Below are positions 7,951 to 13,957 of a DNA stretch of 24,000 nt, piece by piece. Each line of letters begins with the position of its first letter. Within the stretch, counting starts at the first letter, position 1. The notes beneath the pieces were generated by a model. The model was not told the DNA's origin, made no database searches, and saw only the letters and a list, made by a program, of their open reading frames with translations. Both the position numbers and the translations under genes were made by a program. Origin of the DNA: Sediminicola sp. (GTDB lineage Bacteria > Bacteroidota > Bacteroidia > Flavobacteriales > Flavobacteriaceae). The stretch spans positions 9,362 to 33,361 of the forward strand of contig JBLWZN010000013.1 in NCBI GenBank assembly GCA_048266425.1, written 5' to 3'.

Positions 7951-8304
7951 CTACTTTTCTTTAGCCCTAACAACATATAACCATGGATACCCAATGCCCA
8001 GGGTGGTACATGGTGTTTCATTGTTTTGGGTTTTTCTCACATCTAGCCGTATTTTAAGTCCAGCAATCTCCAACTCGCTAGATAAATTTTCAGCGATAAA
8101 AATACTGTCGCCCTGGGTTTGGCCGACAATTTCTTCAACTCGAGGCAGTTGATTCAGAATTTTTATTTGGTAAACGCCGCAATCCAAGTTACGTCCCAAC
8201 ACTTCTGCTTCAAATGCATAGTCCGCAAGGGGCTCTTCCTTTTGGCAAGATGCCAGCACTAAACCAAAAAAGAATAAAAATAACTTAAATCTTTTCATGT
8301 TCAA
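7951..8304 (-). CDS. Small lipoprotein, unknown function
   Basis: 117 aa. It has a signal peptide plus lipobox (MNMKRFKLFLFFFGLVLASCQ). It is on the same strand as the previous lipoprotein gene and 71 nt upstream of it. Confidence 0.7.
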   Translation of the reverse strand: MNMKRFKLFLFFFGLVLASCQKEEPLADYAFEAEVLGRNLDCGVYQIKILNQLPRVEEIVGQTQGDSIFIAENLSSELEIAGLKIRLDVRKTQNNETPCTTLGIGYPWLYVVRAKEK

Positions 8305-8373
8305 CTTTTCAATAAGATACCAAAAGGGAAATTGGGTTGCGTCTATTTTAAATTCAGTATACTAGACACTAAA

Positions 8374-9192
8374 CTAAGATTTCGAACTAAAGAAGTCATC
8401 AAAATAAAGAAGCTGATACTTTATGGAATTTGCCCAATACTCCCAATTATGTTTCCCGGGCCGTTCAATATAATCGTGGGGTATATTTCTTTCCACCAAT
8501 TTTGCGTGCAATCTGCTGTTGGCATCGTGGAAAAAATCGTCAATGCCACAATCGAATATGATTTTTAGATGGTCCCTTTTTAATAGATAAACCATATTGA
8601 TTACGGTATTGGTTTCCCAAAATTCTTGATGGTCCGCATATTCCCCCAAACGTTTGGACAAATCCCAATTGGCGGGAAAAGGACGGATGTCCACGCCCCC
8701 GCTCATACTGCCTGCCGCACCCCAGATATCCTGATGTTTAAAAGCTAAATACAACGCCCCGTGGCCACCCATGCTTAAACCGGTAATGGCCCGCCCGTTC
8801 CTGTCCTTTCTGGTATTGTACCCCTTGTCGATCGTGGCTACAAGTTCCTTGGAGATATAGGTTTCATACTTCATTTTGTCATCCACGGGGCTGTCAAAAT
8901 ACCAACTGGTAACATCCCCATCGGGACAAACGATAATAATATTATACTTATCGGCATATTCCTTGATCGCCGGCACCGTGGACACCCAGTCCTTGTAATC
9001 CCCACCGGCCCCATGGAGTAGGTACAACACGGGGAAGCCCCCCTTTTGGGAAACATATGCATCCGGGATAACCACAACATTCGAGATGGCCTTGTTCATG
9101 GATTCACTCATCACCCTTAGCGTATCGACTCGGGAAGCAAAAACAAAAACAGAGTTACAGAATAGAAAGAGTAGTATTAATTTTAGTTTCAT
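8374..9192 (-). CDS. Secreted alpha/beta-hydrolase, putative esterase family (esterase D / CE1-like)
   Basis: From ORF 8374..9339. It has a GxSxG nucleophile elbow (ITGLSMGGHGALYLAF) and an LLHGAGGDYKDW segment. I place the start at the internal ATG 9192-9190 (MKLKLILLFLFCNSVFVFA, a signal peptide). The longer ORF would overlap the RAYT gene's 3' end. Confidence 0.85.
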   Translation of the reverse strand: MKLKLILLFLFCNSVFVFASRVDTLRVMSESMNKAISNVVVIPDAYVSQKGGFPVLYLLHGAGGDYKDWVSTVPAIKEYADKYNIIIVCPDGDVTSWYFDSPVDDKMKYETYISKELVATIDKGYNTRKDRNGRAITGLSMGGHGALYLAFKHQDIWGAAGSMSGGVDIRPFPANWDLSKRLGEYADHQEFWETNTVINMVYLLKRDHLKIIFDCGIDDFFHDANSRLHAKLVERNIPHDYIERPGKHNWEYWANSIKYQLLYFDDFFSSKS

Positions 9193-9211
9193 ACTGTTTG
9201 GTTTGAATTTA

Positions 9212-9874
9212 TTAAATGCCATGGCCTTGAAATTTGTCTTCGTCCCATTTTTTGGGGTTGTTGATGATGTAATGGGAAATATTCTGAAAGGATTTTTCAT
9301 CCTTAATAATATGATCGTGAAATCGGGTTTGCCATTCAAATTGGTATCCCAATCTGTGTGCGTGTTTGGTTACGGCAGATTTGTATCCGCCAATGATGGA
9401 CGAAATGGAATTTTTTCCAGGATTTTGAAATCGTTTTTGCCCAATTGATTTTTGGGATTCCGATTCCGATTCCGATTCCGATTCCGCTAGAGACAAGGCA
9501 TGCCTTGTCTGTACCTCCGATATTGCGCCATCCGATATTGCGCCATCCATAATTTCATCATCAGATTGATCCCGAATATTTTCATCGTCAAAATTATCAT
9601 CAGGATGTAATATCAAAATGCCGTGCAAGTGATTGGGCATCACCACAAATTCGCCCAATTCAATATTTTTCGCATGATTTTTTATTTCATGCCAAAATAC
9701 ATCCGCCAATAGGCCAATATTTGATAATTGCATTTTTCCGTTTTTTATTTCACCGAAAAAATGATCTCTATTTTTGGTGCAAATAGTAATAAAATAGGCT
9801 GCATTCCACCTATAGTCCCAATGGGGATGTCTCGCAGAGGGGATTCTGTATTTATTTTGATATTTCTCGGCCAT
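9212..9874 (-). CDS. REP-associated tyrosine transposase (RAYT) / IS200-like HUH Y1 transposase family protein with an expanded acidic low-complexity linker
   Basis: 220 aa. It has an HUH motif (VVMPNHLHGILIL), a conserved WQTRFHDHIIK block, and a Tyr motif (SHYIINNPKKW). These parallel E. coli RayT (HMH ... WQPRFWEHAIR ... YIYINPVKHGW, recalled from memory). I saw no IS terminal structures. The next gene starts 19 nt downstream. Confidence 0.8.
   Translation of the reverse strand: MAEKYQNKYRIPSARHPHWDYRWNAAYFITICTKNRDHFFGEIKNGKMQLSNIGLLADVFWHEIKNHAKNIELGEFVVMPNHLHGILILHPDDNFDDENIRDQSDDEIMDGAISDGAISEVQTRHALSLAESESESESESQKSIGQKRFQNPGKNSISSIIGGYKSAVTKHAHRLGYQFEWQTRFHDHIIKDEKSFQNISHYIINNPKKWDEDKFQGHGI
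9456..9485. repeat. Hexanucleotide microsatellite (GATTCC)x5 inside the RAYT coding sequence
   Basis: Five perfect tandem units counted at 9456-9485. On the coding strand they read (GAATCG)n, which encodes ESESESESES. Confidence 0.95.
9491..9510. repeat. Perfect 20-bp palindrome AGACAAGGCA|TGCCTTGTCT inside the RAYT coding sequence
   Basis: The reverse complement of 9491-9500 equals 9501-9510 exactly. It encodes the QTRHALSL segment of the linker. Confidence 0.95.
9516..9545. repeat. 15-bp perfect tandem duplication (TCCGATATTGCGCCA x2) inside the RAYT coding sequence
   Basis: 9516-9530 and 9531-9545 are identical, followed by a partial third copy (TCC). They encode DGAIS-DGAIS. Confidence 0.95.
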
Positions 9875-10162
9875 TTAATTGTTATTCCGATTTCATTTCT
9901 TTCTGGTCGATGCGCTGCGATTTCATAATATTGATAAACCCCTACCTAATTGTCCTCCCCCCCATTTCCAGAAGTAGGGGAGCAGACCTAGCAGAAAATA
10001 AGCCATCCAGTTCATTCGAAAGTTGTTCCCTCCCTTTGGGAAGCCAGCCCGTAACGTCTGGGCGGGTTTTAAGCTGGGGTCCATTAAAAACCTCGACTTT
10101 GCCGTATTCTTTGGTCAACAGGAAGTTGCCTTAAACTCCCCAAGCATATAAAAATCCAATCC

Positions 10163-11026
10163 TCATCCCTTCCCAAGCACCCCATTGGTCCTGGCAATGG
10201 CCTGCTCGTTTTTCCAATCGATCCACTTTTGGCCCTTAAGCCTACGCATAAGGTTGTCAAAATGCCGCATGATAAAAACGTTGTAGAGGGCCTGGCCCAA
10301 ATTCTTGGGATTGCGGGCTATGGCGCGGAGGCTCATGGAAAAGCCTGGGGTAAGATAGCGCATATAGTGCCAGTAGCCTTCCGGCATATAGAGTACTTCC
10401 CCGTGGCCCAAGTGGGTCTTATAGCCCGAAGCGTTCCGTAAAGCCGGCCATTTCGCAAAATCCGGATCGGAGAAATCGATGCTTTCGTGGGTAATCAAAG
10501 CATGGGGAACCTTGTACAAATGTTTGTTCTGGGATTGATCAAAAAGAATGACCTCCTTCTTTCCCTCAAAGTGAAAGTGGAAAATATTGGCCAGGTCTAT
10601 GTCGTAGTGCATAAAGGTATAGGAGTCCGTGCCACCAAAGAAAAGCATGGGAAGCCCTTTCATCAGTTTAAGGCCAAAATCGGGATAGATAAAATCCTTT
10701 TGTAGTATCGGTACTTCCTTTAGGATGTTCCAGAGAAAAATACGGTATCGGGTGGGTTCTCTCTTAAGGAGATCAACGTAGTCCGCCATCTTCATTTTGG
10801 CATGGGGCTCGTTAAACCCGTCCTTGTGGCTTACTGGACGGTCGTCGTAGAGTGGCACGGTCTTTTCGCCCGCCACCTGCTTCATGTAATCCAAATTCCA
10901 TTTGCTAAAGGCTGGCCAATCCTCCACGAACCTTTCTATAACCACCGGTCTCTGGGGCCTAAAATAGTTCTTGATGAACTCTGCTTTCGTAATGGTCTTT
11001 ACCCGGGGAATTTCCTGTAAGTTCAA
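10163..11026 (-). CDS. JmjC / cupin-like (cupin_8) domain protein, probable Fe(II)/2-oxoglutarate-dependent oxygenase
   Basis: 287 aa. The JmjC-type core is LPMLFFGGTDSYTFMHYDIDLANIFHFHFEGKKEVILF ... GEVLYMPEGYWHYMRYLTPGFSMSLR. Confidence 0.85.
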   Translation of the reverse strand: MNLQEIPRVKTITKAEFIKNYFRPQRPVVIERFVEDWPAFSKWNLDYMKQVAGEKTVPLYDDRPVSHKDGFNEPHAKMKMADYVDLLKREPTRYRIFLWNILKEVPILQKDFIYPDFGLKLMKGLPMLFFGGTDSYTFMHYDIDLANIFHFHFEGKKEVILFDQSQNKHLYKVPHALITHESIDFSDPDFAKWPALRNASGYKTHLGHGEVLYMPEGYWHYMRYLTPGFSMSLRAIARNPKNLGQALYNVFIMRHFDNLMRRLKGQKWIDWKNEQAIARTNGVLGKG

Positions 11027-11113
11027 TGGCTATAAGTTTAGAACACGTTCTTCAACCAAAGTTAAACAACCCGATTGAAAATAAATAACAAAAATATTGC
11101 TTTTGAAACCGGA

Positions 11114-12208
11114 TTATTTTACCAATTTGGCTTTTTCCTTAGCCGTTTCATTGCGCTCTATAGTATGACCTGGTCGCGTCCATTTTGGCTTTTCGTCCAA
11201 AGGTCGGTACTGGGAATCCTGGGCCTCAACGGTCCTTGGCTGGGAAACTTTTGTAAAGGGTTTTTGTGGATTAAGGCCCAACAGTTTAAACATCTCCATG
11301 TCCTCATTTACATCGGGATTGGGGGTAGTCAATAATTTGTCGCCAGCAAAGATGGAGTTGGCGCCTGCAAAGAAACACAATGCTTGCCCCTCCCTACTCA
11401 TCTGGGTCCTTCCTGCCGATAAGCGCACCTGGGTCTTGGGCATCACGATACGGGCCGTAGCTACCATCCGTACCATGTCCCAAATGGCGATGGGCTCCAT
11501 ATCTTCCATGGGCGTGCCTTCTACGGCAACCAGGGCGTTGATGGGCACGGATTCCGGCTGGGGATCCAAGGTAGACAGGGCCACCAACATTCCGGCACGG
11601 TCTTCCAATTTTTCTCCCATTCCGATAATACCACCGCTACAAACGGTGACATTACTTTTCCTAACATTGCCAATGGTTTCCAAGCGATCCTCAAAGGCAC
11701 GCGTAGAGATTATGTCCTTATAATAGTCTTCCGAAGTGTCCAGATTGTGGTTGTAGGCGTAAAGTCCGGCCTCGGCCAATCGCTTTGCCTGATTTTCGGT
11801 GAGCATACCCAAGGTACAGCACACTTCCATGTCCATCTTGTTGATGGTGCGTACCATTTCCAATACCTGCTCAAATTCCGGTCCGTCCTTCACGTTCCGC
11901 CATGCAGCACCCATACATACCCTGGAACTCCCGGACGACTTGGCACTCATGGCCTGGGCCTTTACCTGGTCCACGGTCATCAGGTCATTGCCCTCTACCT
12001 TGGTGTGGTACCGGGCCGCTTGGGGGCAATAGGCGCAATCTTCGGGACATCCACCCGTCTTTATGGATATCAAGGTAGATACCTGCACCGTATTGGGGTC
12101 GTGCTCTTCCCTGTGCACGGTAGCCGCCTCGTACAAAAGCTCCATCAACGGCTTGTTGTAGATATCCAAAATCTCCTCTCGGGTCCAATTATGTCTTGTT
12201 TCGCTCAT
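11114..12208 (-). CDS. bioB: Biotin synthase (radical SAM)
   Basis: 364 aa. It has the radical-SAM CxxxCxxC motif ([17 protein letters not shown]) and a BioB-typical N-terminus ([27 protein letters not shown]). A C-terminal extension of about 40 aa is present. Confidence 0.95.
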   Translation of the reverse strand: MSETRHNWTREEILDIYNKPLMELLYEAATVHREEHDPNTVQVSTLISIKTGGCPEDCAYCPQAARYHTKVEGNDLMTVDQVKAQAMSAKSSGSSRVCMGAAWRNVKDGPEFEQVLEMVRTINKMDMEVCCTLGMLTENQAKRLAEAGLYAYNHNLDTSEDYYKDIISTRAFEDRLETIGNVRKSNVTVCSGGIIGMGEKLEDRAGMLVALSTLDPQPESVPINALVAVEGTPMEDMEPIAIWDMVRMVATARIVMPKTQVRLSAGRTQMSREGQALCFFAGANSIFAGDKLLTTPNPDVNEDMEMFKLLGLNPQKPFTKVSQPRTVEAQDSQYRPLDEKPKWTRPGHTIERNETAKEKAKLVK

Positions 12209-12233
12209 TCTATCGATCGTTTATTTGGGGCTT

Positions 12234-12268
12234 CCCCGTTTCCCTTTTATAAAAAAAGTAAAACGGGG
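12234..12268. other. Extended hairpin (8 bp + 5 bp stems, 2x2 internal loop, 5-nt loop) 26-60 nt upstream of the bioB start
   Basis: CCCCGTTT (12234-12241) pairs with AAACGGGG (12261-12268), and CTTTT (12244-12248) pairs with AAAAG (12254-12258). All pairs were checked by position. Its role (terminator of the upstream gene, attenuator or repeat element) is unknown. Confidence 0.5.
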
Positions 12269-12512
12269 TCGGGCTTTCCGCTATATCTTTTTCCCCGCCA
12301 CCTCGGTTACTGAGCGCAGTCGAAGTATGGGGGCAGGGAAAAAGGATGCCGCTGCAATCCCTAAGCCAAACAGGGTTCAAAATTCAAAAGTAACCTATAA
12401 TCCTTAAAAATTCCAATATTAAAATCCTAAATTCCAAACTAGACATTCATCCCATTGGGATTTAGTGTTTGTAGTTAGACCCGAAAACTTCAGGCCTTCC
12501 ACCCAACCCATC

Positions 12513-13793
12513 TTACACTCGGGACAGCAAAATGCTTACCGCATTCCCGCCAAATCCGACAGCGTTGATCATTACCTTTTTAATTTTTTCCGGGACGGAA
12601 TCGTATTCTACAAAGGGCACTTTTATAAATTGTTGGTGTTGCATCATCAAAATGGCGAGCTCCAAACTCAACATGCCCGATGCCCCAAACGTATGGCCCA
12701 GCTTCCATTTGTTGGTCGTAAGTGCGGGCGTTTTCCCTCCGAAAACTTTCTCAACGGCATTGTATTCGGACAGATCTCCCTTTTTGGTCCCTGGGGCGTG
12801 CATCACGATAACATCAACTTCAGATGGGTCCATTTCTCCCATGGCCATTTTCATGGAACGTTGAAAACACTGGGCATCGGAAGAGATGGAGATGTTGTGC
12901 TCCAAGATTTCCGTAGCATAGCCAACGCCGGCGATTACCGCCAAAGCGTCTTTCCCTACTCCATGCTCAAGGCAGATGACGGAGGCTCCCTCTCCCAGGA
13001 CCATGGTGTTTTCTGTCTTTTCCATATCTAACGCCCGACAAGGAAAGCTTCCACTACGCTCAGCTACCTTAGATTGGCTAGGTTCGTCTGGACTGGATCC
13101 AAGGGGCCCCTCTATCCCTTCAAATCGGGAATAAATCTTTAAGGCCTTCATCTGGGCAATGGTAAAAGGGGTCAAAGGAGCCTCACTGCCCCCTACCAAA
13201 AATTTGCTGGCCATCCCGCTCTTGATCCATGCTACCCCGTTCAACAAAGCGTGAAGCGCCGTAGAGCAGGTAATGGAATGGGAAATTTCCGGTCCTTGGC
13301 TTCCCAGGTCATGGCCCACCCAAGAAGATATATTTCCCAATGTAGTCGTTGGGGATGACAGCGTAGAGACCCGTTTTTGATTCAAAAATTCCGAATGGTA
13401 TTTTTCGAAGAGCGCAGTGGCACCACGGGATGAGCCAATATTGATCCCAAAATTATCATCGGCTTCCCATCTGGCCAGTTTCACCGCCTTCCGGGCTGCG
13501 TATAGTGCATAAAGCACACTCCCGTCCAAGTCCTTGTACTTGGAATCCGAAGCTTTCAGCAACTCTATTTCTGCATGGGCCAACCCCGGCAAGGGAGCTA
13601 CCCATGACGTTTCATCCCCTATTTCCTTTTCCACCAATCTGTGTTTGTTGTCCAAATAACCATTCCAGGCTTCTTCCAAAGTAGAACCCAAAGGGGAAAT
13701 GGAGGCTATGGAAGCTATGGAGATAGTCCCATCCCTAAATCCCTCCCCTGAGGGGAGCGAGGCTACAATTTCTTCATTGCATTCAAATTCCAT
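12513..13793 (-). CDS. Beta-ketoacyl synthase, KAS I/II (FabB/FabF)-like condensing enzyme located inside the biotin cluster
   Basis: 426 aa with a thiolase-fold pattern. The active-site Cys is in SHSITCSTALHALLNG, a His in VIVMHAPGTKKGD, and Lys/His in TTNKWKLGHTFGASG. The C-terminus is NAVGFGGNAVSILL. The only canonical start is ATG 13793. About 23 N-terminal residues precede the conserved ISIASIASISPLG core and contain a GC-rich palindrome. Confidence 0.85.
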   Translation of the reverse strand: MEFECNEEIVASLPSGEGFRDGTISIASIASISPLGSTLEEAWNGYLDNKHRLVEKEIGDETSWVAPLPGLAHAEIELLKASDSKYKDLDGSVLYALYAARKAVKLARWEADDNFGINIGSSRGATALFEKYHSEFLNQKRVSTLSSPTTTLGNISSWVGHDLGSQGPEISHSITCSTALHALLNGVAWIKSGMASKFLVGGSEAPLTPFTIAQMKALKIYSRFEGIEGPLGSSPDEPSQSKVAERSGSFPCRALDMEKTENTMVLGEGASVICLEHGVGKDALAVIAGVGYATEILEHNISISSDAQCFQRSMKMAMGEMDPSEVDVIVMHAPGTKKGDLSEYNAVEKVFGGKTPALTTNKWKLGHTFGASGMLSLELAILMMQHQQFIKVPFVEYDSVPEKIKKVMINAVGFGGNAVSILLSRV

Positions 13794-13871
13794 GGCAATA
13801 TAAAGTCATTCAGATTACAATTAATTAACAATGCTTTTTCATAAATCACTAATTATTAGGATTTAATAAGT

Positions 13872-13894
13872 CCTCCCCTTATTACATGGGGAGG
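13872..13894. terminator. GC-rich hairpin CCTCCCC-N9-GGGGAGG downstream of bioA (possible intrinsic terminator or REP-like element)
   Basis: A 7-bp perfect stem (13872-13878 with 13888-13894) and a 9-nt loop, 64 nt past the bioA stop on the minus strand. No U-tract follows, so terminator function is uncertain. Confidence 0.35.
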
Positions 13895-13957
13895 TGCCGA
13901 AGGCGGAGGGTTCAACAAAAGCAATAGTTAAATTGATAGCGCTTTTTACATTCCTAC

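Noticed and set aside
9456-9545. Possibility that the tandem repeats represent a CRISPR array or another spacer-repeat locus
   Set aside because: The units are 6 bp and 15 bp, directly tandem without spacers, in frame within a CDS, and no cas genes are nearby. They are microsatellite and duplication structures, not a CRISPR array.
11040-11060. Short palindrome AGAAC-AC-GTTCT just upstream of the JmjC gene start
   Set aside because: It has only 5-bp arms, which is expected by chance in a window of this size. No second copy was noticed.
11298-12313. Long + strand ORFs (141 aa, 188 aa, 77 aa) antisense to bioB
   Set aside because: They are shadow ORFs opposite a strongly supported gene. Their translations are Gly/Pro/His-rich low-complexity sequence without motifs.
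12465-13031. 188-aa + strand ORF antisense to the KAS gene. The same reasoning covers 14048..14548 (antisense to bioA), 17041..17885 (antisense to bioF), 19014..19442 and 19687..20121 (antisense to the MATE gene and hemH), 6741..7149 (antisense to the serine hydrolase gene) and 4124..4534 (antisense to the zinc-ribbon and pentapeptide genes).
   Set aside because: All are shadow frames opposite genes with clear catalytic motifs. None shows a recognisable domain.
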